Shown here piece after piece: positions 17,654 to 26,603 of a stretch of 39,666 bases of DNA (position 1 is its first letter; each line of letters begins with the position of its first letter). The notes beneath the pieces were generated by a model, which was not told the origin of the DNA, searched no databases, and saw only the letters and a program-made list of their open reading frames with translations. Source of the DNA: a bacterium (lineage in GTDB: Bacteria; Hydrothermota; 32-111). The position numbers and the translations under genes are program-made. The stretch lies in contig JAWOBN010000014.1 of NCBI GenBank assembly GCA_046484245.1, forward strand, positions 1 through 39,666, read 5' to 3'.

Positions 17654-19048
17654 ATGAAAACTATAAGCTTGATTCTGGCAATATTCATCTGCTTGACAGT
17701 ATTTGCATATTCACCCGGCCAATTGCCATTCACATATCTCAATATTCCGGCCACCCCTGTCAGCACAGCACTGTCATCTGCCGGCTCTGTTTTAAGGCAG
17801 AGCAATGCCGACATTGTCAATCCTGCTGTGTATACAGACATTGAAAGGGATCAAGTGTATTTCTCATATCTCAGTCATATTGCAGGCACACATCTGGGGT
17901 TTTTGTCATACAATACAAATATGTTCAGCTTGTCTCTTAAATATTTCAATTCCGGTACAATGGAATTGCGCGATTCATTCAACACCTATCTGGGGGATTT
18001 TTCAGATAATACAATATTTTTAACAGGCGGAACAGGCATGGAGATCATGGAGCGGCTCTATGCAGGATTCTCCATTACTGCAGGTATGGAAAAAATAACG
18101 GAGTTCCAGCAGTACTGCGCAGGATTATCCGGCGGTATTATTTACAGGCAACTCTTTGACTTTCTTGACCTGGGGTTTTATGTGCAGAATGCAGGCATCA
18201 GCTACAGCAGTGGGACGGATATGCTGCCTGCAAGAATAATAGCAGGAGCAGGGCTTAACAAGCATGACCTGCCTCTCAGCATATACATTGATGCAGGCAA
18301 GATACTGGACGATGATTATTTCTATGCAGCGGGATTTGAATTCAATCTCATCTCAAGGAGAGAAGATAACCGTGAGGACAGGGACAGGGAAATGGGTGCG
18401 AAGACTGTTCTTGATGTCCGTGCTGAGATAAGACAGGATAAAGATGAAGAGGACAGTACAGCTGCTGAGCATCCTGATACAGCTCAGGGCAGTATGACAG
18501 CAGATGCAGATACTATGGAAGCCCGGGAGCCGCCCACTGATTCCGATGAGGACGCATATTCTGATCCGGAAGATGCAGAAGACGATGGTGAAGAATACAT
18601 GAGCTATGCGGATTATCTTGATGCAATGGAGGATGAAACGGAAAACGGAGAGGAAAAAGTAACAAGTAACAAGTCCCAAGTCCCAAGTGAAGAAGAGGTG
18701 CAGGATTCAAGTTCCAATCTGCAAGAGGGTGATACGGAAGACGGGACACGGATAACGGATAATGAAGAAGAAGTAGCAGGTAGCAAGTATCAAGTAACAA
18801 GTGACGAAGAAACTCAGAACGAACAGACCTATAGTGAAAGATCCTTTGCTGATGATATGGAGTTTGTGATAAGGGGCGGGTTCTCATCAGACAGAACAGA
18901 ACTCCAGTCAGGTACATCAACGGATCTCACTGCAGGTCTCACTGCGGGTTTCGGCATCTCATACAGCAGTATTACTGTTGACTATGCTGCCAAATTCTGG
19001 GGTGAACTCGGTATTGGACATTCTGTTGGAGTGAGGATTGAATTTTGA
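17654..19048 (+). CDS. PorV/PorQ (FadL-like) outer-membrane beta-barrel protein with large acidic insertion
   Basis: Signal peptide, F.YL.IP.....AL plug motif and NPA, amphipathic strands, GL.AGFG...VDYA.....LG..H, and terminal Phe. A D/E-rich insert spans ~18356-18856. Confidence 0.75.
   Translation: MKTISLILAIFICLTVFAYSPGQLPFTYLNIPATPVSTALSSAGSVLRQSNADIVNPAVYTDIERDQVYFSYLSHIAGTHLGFLSYNTNMFSLSLKYFNSGTMELRDSFNTYLGDFSDNTIFLTGGTGMEIMERLYAGFSITAGMEKITEFQQYCAGLSGGIIYRQLFDFLDLGFYVQNAGISYSSGTDMLPARIIAGAGLNKHDLPLSIYIDAGKILDDDYFYAAGFEFNLISRREDNREDRDREMGAKTVLDVRAEIRQDKDEEDSTAAEHPDTAQGSMTADADTMEAREPPTDSDEDAYSDPEDAEDDGEEYMSYADYLDAMEDETENGEEKVTSNKSQVPSEEEVQDSSSNLQEGDTEDGTRITDNEEEVAGSKYQVTSDEETQNEQTYSERSFADDMEFVIRGGFSSDRTELQSGTSTDLTAGLTAGFGISYSSITVDYAAKFWGELGIGHSVGVRIEF
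18657..18805 (+). repeat. Heptamer repeat blocks inside the barrel gene
   Basis: aagtaac x2 and aagtccc x2 (18657-18684), acggnnn x4 (18734-18761), a(a/g)gtnnc x5 (18771-18805). Confidence 0.8.
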
Positions 19049-19749
19049 ATAAGGAAGAACTGCTGGATATAAAGATAGACCAGTTTGAAGGACCTCTGGA
19101 TCTGCTTTTATATTTGATAAGAAAGCATGAAATTGATATTTATGATATCAATATCACTAAAATAACAGAGGACTATCTTGCATATATCAATGAGATGAAG
19201 AAACTCAAACTGGAAATTGCAGGCGAATACATTGTCATGGCTGCCACACTGATCAAGATAAAGGCTGAGTTCATGCTGCCCAGGGTCAATGAAGAAGATG
19301 AGATTGAAGACCCCCGTCAGCCGCTTGTGGACAGGCTTCTTGAATATCAGAAGATAAAGAAGGCTTCCCTTATGTTCAGGGATATTGAAAATGAGGCAAG
19401 GAAGGTCTTCGGCAGAAACATTACACTGGAGTACAGAGATATTGTTGAAGAGGAGGATTCCAGTATTGTGCAGCTTATGGAAGCATTCAGCCCAATTCTG
19501 CAGAAGGGAAAGAGCCTGACCTCATACAGAATGCCCAAAATACAGATAACAATATCCGAGAAGATCAGTGAATTGACTGACATGATAGAGATGAAAGATG
19601 AGGTCAATCTCAGTGAATACATATATAAATTAAAAACAATGTATGAGGTGATTCTATCATTCATTGCAATACTGGAGATGAGCAACAAGAATCTCATATC
19701 AATAAGACAGAAGGAACAATTCAAGGATATATGGATAAAAAGATATTAA
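19045..19749 (+). CDS. scpA: Segregation/condensation protein A (kleisin)
   Basis: FEGPLDLLLYLI, IDIYDI, MAATL..IK, EDPR..LV..LLEY and F.A.LE motifs. TTG start overlaps the upstream stop. Confidence 0.95.
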   Translation: MNKEELLDIKIDQFEGPLDLLLYLIRKHEIDIYDINITKITEDYLAYINEMKKLKLEIAGEYIVMAATLIKIKAEFMLPRVNEEDEIEDPRQPLVDRLLEYQKIKKASLMFRDIENEARKVFGRNITLEYRDIVEEEDSSIVQLMEAFSPILQKGKSLTSYRMPKIQITISEKISELTDMIEMKDEVNLSEYIYKLKTMYEVILSFIAILEMSNKNLISIRQKEQFKDIWIKRY

Positions 19750-20870
19750 ATTACACTGATTTCCGCCACCCCTATTTTAAAAGTGCATTGGCAAAAGTAA
19801 GGGGTGCAGATAATATACTTGTATGGGGTGATGAAGATCCTGACGGCATAACAGCCACAGCAATTATGGTGAGGTGTCTCAGGAGAATAGGCAAGAATGT
19901 CATATATCATATACCGTCAAGAAAAAAAGAGGGCATTGGCCTTAACAGGAAGAAGCTGAAATATTTTATTGACAGACGGGAATTTGATCTTCTGATTACT
20001 GTTGACTGCGGCAGTGTCAATGCAGAAGAGATACAATACCTCAATGAATGCAGTAAGGATGTTATTATTACAGACCATCATATACCGTACAAAGGCAGAT
20101 ATGACAGTGCTGAGATAATCAATCCGCACATATTGAACAATGAGTCATTCACACATCTTGCAGGTGCCGGGGTTGCTTTGATATTTGCAGTATATCTTGA
20201 GAAACAGATACTTCAATTCAGACAGTACAATGATGTATTGGCGGATAATGAATATTATCTTGTGCTTGCCTCAATCGGAACAAAATGCGACAGGGTCACG
20301 ATAAAGGGTCTCAATCAGTCTATTATTAAATATATTGACATGACTTATAAATATTTCCCTGTACTTGCTGCTGTCGGTGAAGATGAAATATGCGGTCTTG
20401 TTCATCAGTCAAAGACAGAGAGGAATAAAAACCCCCTTGTAGAGATATTCACAGGCCGGTATTCACAGAAGAGGGCTGAACAGACAGTGAGAAAACTGGT
20501 CAGCAGGAAGAAGAGGGCAGAGAGGAAGATGGAGAGATTGAAAAAGCAGGCATTTGACAGGGCGGATGCATCCGGCAGTTTCATAATTTATATTGACAGG
20601 ACTATGGACGGGGGATTTGCCGGTCTTATTGCATCAGCATTAAAGGACAGATACAAGAAACCATGCTGTGTTATTGCAAAAAGAAACAGTGATCTGATAG
20701 GCGAGGCAAGGTCAGACGGAGAGATCAACTGGGTTGATACACTATCCGGTTTCAGTGATTATTTTCAAAATTGGGGCGGACATAAACAAGCTGCCGGTTT
20801 TACAATAAAGGAGGAAAGATTAGATGAATTCATTAACAGTATTACTGCTGACATTGACAATCTTCAGTAG
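19731..20870 (+). CDS. RecJ-like DHH/DHHA1 phosphoesterase (short paralog)
   Basis: GDEDPDG, TVDCG, ITDHH, LAGAGVA and GGHKQAAG motifs. 379 aa, ending soon after DHHA1. Confidence 0.85.
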   Translation: MDKKILNYTDFRHPYFKSALAKVRGADNILVWGDEDPDGITATAIMVRCLRRIGKNVIYHIPSRKKEGIGLNRKKLKYFIDRREFDLLITVDCGSVNAEEIQYLNECSKDVIITDHHIPYKGRYDSAEIINPHILNNESFTHLAGAGVALIFAVYLEKQILQFRQYNDVLADNEYYLVLASIGTKCDRVTIKGLNQSIIKYIDMTYKYFPVLAAVGEDEICGLVHQSKTERNKNPLVEIFTGRYSQKRAEQTVRKLVSRKKRAERKMERLKKQAFDRADASGSFIIYIDRTMDGGFAGLIASALKDRYKKPCCVIAKRNSDLIGEARSDGEINWVDTLSGFSDYFQNWGGHKQAAGFTIKEERLDEFINSITADIDNLQ

Positions 20871-21222
20871 TTTCCCCGATTACGCGGAGAAGCCATTTGA
20901 CAAGAATGATACAATGAATATATATTACAATGAAGATTATGATAAGACCCTTGTTGAGAGCAGCCTCAATGTCATATTTCTCGGCTCAATAAGATTCTAT
21001 CAGGAATTCATATCACCTGCCCAGGGCGAGGTATGCAACTTCACACCGAGCTGCTCCAATTATATGTTCAAAGCAGTGAGAAAATACGGGCCTGCGGGCA
21101 TACTTATGGGAATAAACAGACTTCAGAGATGCAATCACTCTGCAACCGGATATCTCGGACTGTACTACAAGGATGTGGTAAAGACGAGGGACAGGGGCTA
21201 TAAAATAATAGACAATCCCTAA
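20824..21222 (+). CDS. yidD: YidD-like (membrane protein insertion efficiency factor family) protein with N-terminal extension
   Basis: IRFYQ.FISP...CNFTPSCSNY...A..KYG...RLQRCN with three conserved Cys. Hydrophobic N-terminus. Confidence 0.85.
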   Translation: MNSLTVLLLTLTIFSSFPDYAEKPFDKNDTMNIYYNEDYDKTLVESSLNVIFLGSIRFYQEFISPAQGEVCNFTPSCSNYMFKAVRKYGPAGILMGINRLQRCNHSATGYLGLYYKDVVKTRDRGYKIIDNP

Positions 21223-21233
21223 AGGAGAAACAG

Positions 21234-22034
21234 ATGAGAAAATTTATTGTACTGATACTGATATTAATGACATACACAGCAGCAGTATATCCTGCTGCTG
21301 AGAGTTTCAGCGAATTTCTCTTCAATGAAGGTGATTATTACAGATGCATAACTCAATTGAAGAAGGAGTTCTATGAAAGCGGGAATCCGGATACATTGCG
21401 TATATACAATCTTATTGGAGTGAATCATTATCTGATGGGTGAGTATGACAATGCACTGCTCTATTTCAGCAAGATAGCTCCTGCCCATGAGGATGGACTG
21501 AGAAATATGCTCATTACTCTTTTCCGTATGAAGAGATTTGATGCAATTGACTCCATTGAGGTGGGCAATAATAAGGAAGCGGAGCGGATACAGAAGATAG
21601 CCGGTCTTTTTACGGGGGAATACAGTGAGGATTTTATACCCGGAGACAGTGTACTTCATGATATTTTCAGTGAATATCATGCAATACCGAAGAAAAACAG
21701 GCTCATAGCCGGGATGCTGTCAGCAATCATTCCCGGACTGGGCAGGATTTACAGCGGAAGAACAGGTGACGCACTGTTTTCATTTGCAACAGTTCTTTTA
21801 CCTGCAGGAGCCGGGTATTATTACTATGCAATAGATAATGATATAGGACTTTATACAGCTGCAGGATTCGCAGGATTATTCTATATCGGCGAACTTTACG
21901 GAGCAATAAACAGTGCGGGCAGATATTACCCCGCTCACAGGGACAAATATTATGAAAAAATTACTGATAATTATTCCGGCAGTATTTTTAAACCTCATTA
22001 TCAATTCAAGTCATCTGCATCTGAAGCTGATTGA
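21234..22034 (+). CDS. Exported TPR-like protein with C-terminal membrane domain (PGLG motif)
   Basis: Signal peptide, TPR-like helices, K.....A..LS.IIPGLG.IY.G and two further hydrophobic segments. SD aaggag. Confidence 0.8.
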   Translation: MRKFIVLILILMTYTAAVYPAAESFSEFLFNEGDYYRCITQLKKEFYESGNPDTLRIYNLIGVNHYLMGEYDNALLYFSKIAPAHEDGLRNMLITLFRMKRFDAIDSIEVGNNKEAERIQKIAGLFTGEYSEDFIPGDSVLHDIFSEYHAIPKKNRLIAGMLSAIIPGLGRIYSGRTGDALFSFATVLLPAGAGYYYYAIDNDIGLYTAAGFAGLFYIGELYGAINSAGRYYPAHRDKYYEKITDNYSGSIFKPHYQFKSSASEAD

Positions 22035-22821
22035 AGAAAAAGATTATTACAGGGCAGCAGGAGCTTACAAGGAATATGCATACAATAATGGCATAGATGA
22101 TACTGCTCAATACTACCTGAATCTGACAGCAATATATGCCCTCTCTGATTTCAGTGATATTGCCGAGGATATGTATTCAACAGCTTCCTATCATATTGAC
22201 GAACATTCCGAGATTAAGACGAGTGCCCTGCTCCGTTCATACATTGTCTTTTCCCAATCATATTACTCTGATGCATTGTTTGAGCTGGAATCATTCTTTC
22301 CGGAGGATGACACATTGATGGCTTCACTCAAATTCTTTGTTGATATGCTCAATAAAGAGGACAAGGTCTATCTTGTGCCTCAGTATCTGCCGGACAGTAT
22401 CAAAAGGGATATTGACGCATATATGAAGGTCTCGCTCAAAGACCCGGTGTTTGCTGTTGCAATGAGTTCAATATACCCCGGACTGGGTGAACTGTATGCA
22501 GGTGATTATACAGAGGCTATAAGGGATTTCACTGTATCCACTGTATTTATTGCAGCAACAGGCTATGCATTCCTCAAAAACAGAAATGCCTGGAATATTG
22601 ATAGACCGGAAATGTCATGGGATTATATGAAAACAAGGGACTGGGTGCTTTTCTATGCACTGTATTCATTCTTTGTGGGACGGTTCAAGAATGGAGCTGT
22701 TGCCAATGCCGAGGAGATTGCCTATGAATATAATGAGGATGTATATGAAGAATACCTTTCAGGTCTCAGGGATTATATAGACAATCTCTACAGAAGGGCA
22801 ATTCTTGACTATTTAAAGTAA
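21952..22821 (+). CDS. Paralog of preceding membrane protein (PGLG motif)
   Basis: Start moved to ATG 21952 (MKKLLIII signal-like). Shares DYYR, S.I.PGLG..Y.G and GA...A motifs with 21234-22034. Confidence 0.75.
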   Translation: MKKLLIIIPAVFLNLIINSSHLHLKLIEEKDYYRAAGAYKEYAYNNGIDDTAQYYLNLTAIYALSDFSDIAEDMYSTASYHIDEHSEIKTSALLRSYIVFSQSYYSDALFELESFFPEDDTLMASLKFFVDMLNKEDKVYLVPQYLPDSIKRDIDAYMKVSLKDPVFAVAMSSIYPGLGELYAGDYTEAIRDFTVSTVFIAATGYAFLKNRNAWNIDRPEMSWDYMKTRDWVLFYALYSFFVGRFKNGAVANAEEIAYEYNEDVYEEYLSGLRDYIDNLYRRAILDYLK

Positions 22822-22832
22822 CAGTATATAAT
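22805..22832 (+). promoter_or_regulatory. Putative internal sigma70 promoter
   Basis: TTGACT(22805-22810)-16 bp-TATAAT(22827-22832), upstream of ATG 22859 with SD-like agga. Confidence 0.6.
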
Positions 22833-22858
22833 AAAAATTCATTTAAAATAGGAAGTAT

Positions 22859-23452
22859 ATGAAAGAAAAATCACTCATACTCCTATCATTATTATTCATA
22901 TTTACTGTTGTATTGAATGCATACGGTGCAATGTTCCTTCCGTCAGTGGATTTTGATGATGTGGATTATATAACTATTCGTGACAGTCTTGAGAGTCATT
23001 CAATAGATTTCTTCGTATTCTCCGATACATTTGATACACTGAGAGGCAGATACGGGGAGAAAGTGATGCCATATACTGTAATTGACTCTGTAAACACAGA
23101 CAGTATTGAATTCATAATCATACCCGGGGGCACAGGGGTGCTCTACTATGCAGACAATGAAAAACTCCTTGAACTCATTGCTGAAGCTGACAGCAAAGGT
23201 GTATTGCTCGGTTCCGTAGATATTGCGGGCATACTTATTGTTGAATCAGGTGCTGCAGCCAATGAGAAGATCTCCATGAGGGTCAATGAGAGAATTCTTA
23301 AAATGACAGCTGATAATAATGTGAAGCTCACTGCTTATGACGCACTGGTGAGCAATAATATTATTTCAAGCTACATGTCCAGATACAGGGATAAATTCAT
23401 CAGTAAATTTGTGGAAGTGTACAATGAGAATAGTGGTGCAGAGAGTAAGTGA
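22859..23452 (+). CDS. DJ-1/PfpI family protein with signal peptide
   Basis: F.D.D helix, IIPGG.G, LGSVDIAG elbow and V.SNNIIS, preceded by a signal peptide. Confidence 0.8.
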   Translation: MKEKSLILLSLLFIFTVVLNAYGAMFLPSVDFDDVDYITIRDSLESHSIDFFVFSDTFDTLRGRYGEKVMPYTVIDSVNTDSIEFIIIPGGTGVLYYADNEKLLELIAEADSKGVLLGSVDIAGILIVESGAAANEKISMRVNERILKMTADNNVKLTAYDALVSNNIISSYMSRYRDKFISKFVEVYNENSGAESK

Positions 23453-23858
23453 GGCATCGGTCAGTATAGATGATGGGATATACTCATCCATTGGCAGAGG
23501 ACTCCTTCTTTTTGTCTGTTTTGAATCCGGTGACAGTGACAAGACAATCAGCAATGCTGTCCGTAAGATAAGTCAATTGAGAATATTTGAGGACAGTACA
23601 GGCAAGATGAATTTGAATATAACAGGCATTGGTGGCGAAATACTTGCTGTATCACAGTTCACACTTTCTGCTGACCTTGCAAAAGGCAACAGGCCGTCAT
23701 TTGACACCAGTATCAGCAAGGAAGAAGCAGAGTCATTATACAGCAGATTTATTGATGCAATGAGTCAGAATCTGAAGTGTCAATCAGGTGTCTTCGGGAA
23801 ATATATGGAAGTGAATTTAGTCAATGACGGTCCGGTGACCTTTTATATGGAGTTTTAA
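23424..23858 (+). CDS. dtd: D-aminoacyl-tRNA deacylase
   Basis: MRIVVQRV start (ATG 23424), LRIFED..GKMN, SQFTL, KGNRPSF and NDGPVT motifs. Confidence 0.96.
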   Translation: MRIVVQRVSEASVSIDDGIYSSIGRGLLLFVCFESGDSDKTISNAVRKISQLRIFEDSTGKMNLNITGIGGEILAVSQFTLSADLAKGNRPSFDTSISKEEAESLYSRFIDAMSQNLKCQSGVFGKYMEVNLVNDGPVTFYMEF

Positions 23859-24673
23859 TGAAATCAATGACAGGTTTTGTCAGGAACACATTCAATAAAG
23901 ACAATTACGGCACTGTGATGATTGAAATAAAGTCACTCAATGGCAAGAATCTCAATCCTGTGTTCCGCATGCCTGATGAGATGAACTCCCTTGAAATGAA
24001 GATGAGAAAATTGCTCAAAGCCCATTATGAGAGAGGCACTGTCTTTATCAGTATTAAAACAGATTATTCAGCGGATTTCATGAAGAATCTGCTCAGTGAA
24101 AAATTGAAGAAGATTAATATTATTGCAGAGGGTTTGCCCGACAATCAGTATTTGTCACTGATACTCCCTTCATTTATGGAGGATATGCAAAATATCAGTA
24201 CACTGAGCAGCAGCATAGAGCAGTGTATTCTTGAGCATTTTGAATCTGCACTGGACAAAATTGATATAATGAGAAGCAGGGAAGGCACACTCATTGAGAA
24301 TGACCTGATGAATTACTGTAATGAGATTGAGGATATACTGGAGCCTGTTGAAAAGGTCAAAGAGAGAATTATTGAAGAGAAGAAGCAGAAACTCTCGGAA
24401 ATGATAGATGACAATGATCAATTGATAATGGATAATATTATGCTCTATGCTGATAAAATTGACATATCCGAGGAGATATCCAGACTGAGATTTCACATAG
24501 AAAAGGTCAAGAATGCTTCAAGTGGTTCAACAGTGCATTTTGTGCTTCAGGAGATGCACAGGGAGATAAATACAATGGGCTCCAAATCGGACAGTATGGA
24601 AATAAAGGAAGCTGTTATTGGTGTAAAGGAGATCATTGAGAAGATGAAGGAACAGGTGATGAACATTGAATAA
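23858..24673 (+). CDS. yicC: YicC/YloC family endoribonuclease
   Basis: SMTGF, EIKSLN, DISEEI.RL..H, QEMHREINTMGSK and EQV.NIE motifs. Upstream of gmk. Confidence 0.92.
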   Translation: MKSMTGFVRNTFNKDNYGTVMIEIKSLNGKNLNPVFRMPDEMNSLEMKMRKLLKAHYERGTVFISIKTDYSADFMKNLLSEKLKKINIIAEGLPDNQYLSLILPSFMEDMQNISTLSSSIEQCILEHFESALDKIDIMRSREGTLIENDLMNYCNEIEDILEPVEKVKERIIEEKKQKLSEMIDDNDQLIMDNIMLYADKIDISEEISRLRFHIEKVKNASSGSTVHFVLQEMHREINTMGSKSDSMEIKEAVIGVKEIIEKMKEQVMNIE

Positions 24674-25238
24674 TAATTTTGTGATAGTCATATCATCCCC
24701 GTCAGGCGGCGGCAAAACCACATTATGCAGGATGATTCTTGAGAAAATGGAGTGTATTGTATATTCTGTATCTGCAACAACAAGACCGAGGCGGCACAAT
24801 GAGAAGGACGGGAAGAATTATGAGTTCATGGAAGAGGATGAGTTCAGAAAGAAAAAAGATGAGGGTTATTTTGCGGAAACAGCCAATGTTCACGGTCATC
24901 TGTACGGTACACCGAAGAAGAATATAGATAATGCGATGCAGTCGGGCTGCGATGTGCTTATGGACCTTGATGTGAAGGGAGCATTAAGTATAATGGAACT
25001 GTACAGTGATGCTGTTACTGTCTTTGTGCTGCCTCCTTCACTTGATGAATTGAAGAAGAGGCTCATAGACAGGAAAACGGATTCAATGGATGTTATTGAA
25101 AAGAGGCTCAATAATGCCAGAGAAGAGATACATCAGGCGTACAGATTCAAATACAGGGTTGTCAATGATAATATTGATGATGCATACAGGAAAATAGAGG
25201 AATTGATCAATAAAGAAAGAGCAAGGAGGAACAGGTGA
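24666..25238 (+). CDS. gmk: Guanylate kinase
   Basis: SPSGGGKTT, SVSATTR.R, YGTP and PPSL.EL..RL motifs. TTG start. Confidence 0.96.
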   Translation: MNNNFVIVISSPSGGGKTTLCRMILEKMECIVYSVSATTRPRRHNEKDGKNYEFMEEDEFRKKKDEGYFAETANVHGHLYGTPKKNIDNAMQSGCDVLMDLDVKGALSIMELYSDAVTVFVLPPSLDELKKRLIDRKTDSMDVIEKRLNNAREEIHQAYRFKYRVVNDNIDDAYRKIEELINKERARRNR

Positions 25239-25462
25239 AATTCATATCAGTAGATGATATCTATAAGAGATCAGGCAATAAGTATCTTGCATGTGTTGTT
25301 ATTGCAAAACGTGCAAAGAAATACAATTCAGAGAATTACGAGTATTTCATAAAAGAGGATACAAATCCGCCGGAAGGTGTGGAGAGAACTCATGCACTGA
25401 GAAAAGCCATCTCTGACTTTATGGAAGGGGAACTGGATGAAAAGATCGAAGAGTACTCCTGA
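25235..25462 (+). CDS. rpoZ: RNA polymerase omega subunit
   Basis: 75 aa with NKY....IAKRA motif, in the conserved gmk-rpoZ-coaBC context. GTG start. Confidence 0.85.
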   Translation: MKFISVDDIYKRSGNKYLACVVIAKRAKKYNSENYEYFIKEDTNPPEGVERTHALRKAISDFMEGELDEKIEEYS

Positions 25463-26603
25463 GAATATTCTTCTCGGTATCACAGGCGGAATAGCTGCAT
25501 ATAAGATACCCGCACTTATCCGCCTCCTGCAGAAAGAGGGACACTCTGTCAGGGTCATAATGACTGATAATGCCAGGCATTTTGCAGGCAAATCAGCAAT
25601 AGAGACACTGACGGGAACTTCCGTGTATGACACATTATGGGGTGACAGAACGGATACAGATCATATCACACTGTCAAAGTGGGCTGATATACTGGTAATA
25701 GCACCTGCAACAGCCAATATGATAGGCAAGTGCGCAAATGGCATTGCCGATGATCTGCTCTCAACTGTATTCCTCTCATTTGACGGTCCGGTGCTTTTTG
25801 TGCCTGCAATGAATACACAGATGTACAACAATCCTATTGTCAGTGATAATATTGAGAGATTGAGACACTGGGCATACCGGGTAATGGAGCCGGATGCAGG
25901 CGAGCTTGCATGCGGTGATACAGGCAAGGGCAGAATGCCCCGGCCCACTGATATTGTCTATAGAATAAAGCGGGTGCTGGGCAATAAGAGATTCAAAGGC
26001 AGGAGCATACTTGTAACAGGGGGCGCCTTCTCCGTATGGCTGGACCCTGTAAGGACAATAACCAATATGTCATCAGGAAGGACAGGGCGGGCATTTGCCC
26101 TCCAGTCGTATATTTCCGGTGCTGATCATGTCACGCTGATAGAGGGCAGTGCATCAGCCGAAACCCTCATATCAGGGATAGAGCTGATAAAATGCACTAC
26201 AGCATCCCAGTTGAAGGAAACAATGAGCAGTATTATTGATAATTATGATATTTTGATTATGTGTGCTGCTGTTCCTGATTTCACTGCTGAGAAGAGCAGT
26301 TCAAAGATCAAGGCGTCCGGCAGCCTTGAACTGAAGATGACAAAGGGGATTGATATACTGAAATCAATAGAAAACAGAAGTATTGTCAAAATAGGATTTG
26401 CCCTTGAAACCGATAATGCGCGTGCCAATGCTTTGAAAAAGCTTGAGGAGAAGGGACTGGATTATATTGTTCTGAACAGTCCGGATAATATCGGTTCAAT
26501 CAAAGGCAGTGCTACTGTGTTTTCCTCAAATGGAGAAGAGAAGAGAATTGAAGACAGAACAAAATCCGAACTTGCCCGGGAGATCCTCAATTGGATAAAA
26601 TAA
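25437..26603 (+). CDS. coaBC: Bifunctional phosphopantothenoylcysteine decarboxylase/synthetase
   Basis: GITGGIAAYK, APATAN, PAMN, LACGD.GKGR, DPVR..N.SSG and GFALET motifs. Confidence 0.95.
   Translation: MKRSKSTPENILLGITGGIAAYKIPALIRLLQKEGHSVRVIMTDNARHFAGKSAIETLTGTSVYDTLWGDRTDTDHITLSKWADILVIAPATANMIGKCANGIADDLLSTVFLSFDGPVLFVPAMNTQMYNNPIVSDNIERLRHWAYRVMEPDAGELACGDTGKGRMPRPTDIVYRIKRVLGNKRFKGRSILVTGGAFSVWLDPVRTITNMSSGRTGRAFALQSYISGADHVTLIEGSASAETLISGIELIKCTTASQLKETMSSIIDNYDILIMCAAVPDFTAEKSSSKIKASGSLELKMTKGIDILKSIENRSIVKIGFALETDNARANALKKLEEKGLDYIVLNSPDNIGSIKGSATVFSSNGEEKRIEDRTKSELAREILNWIK

Noticed and set aside
26000..26100. Divergent CoaB motif (SSGRTG rather than SSGKMG)
   Set aside because: A conservative change with the other motifs intact; not enough to claim altered function.
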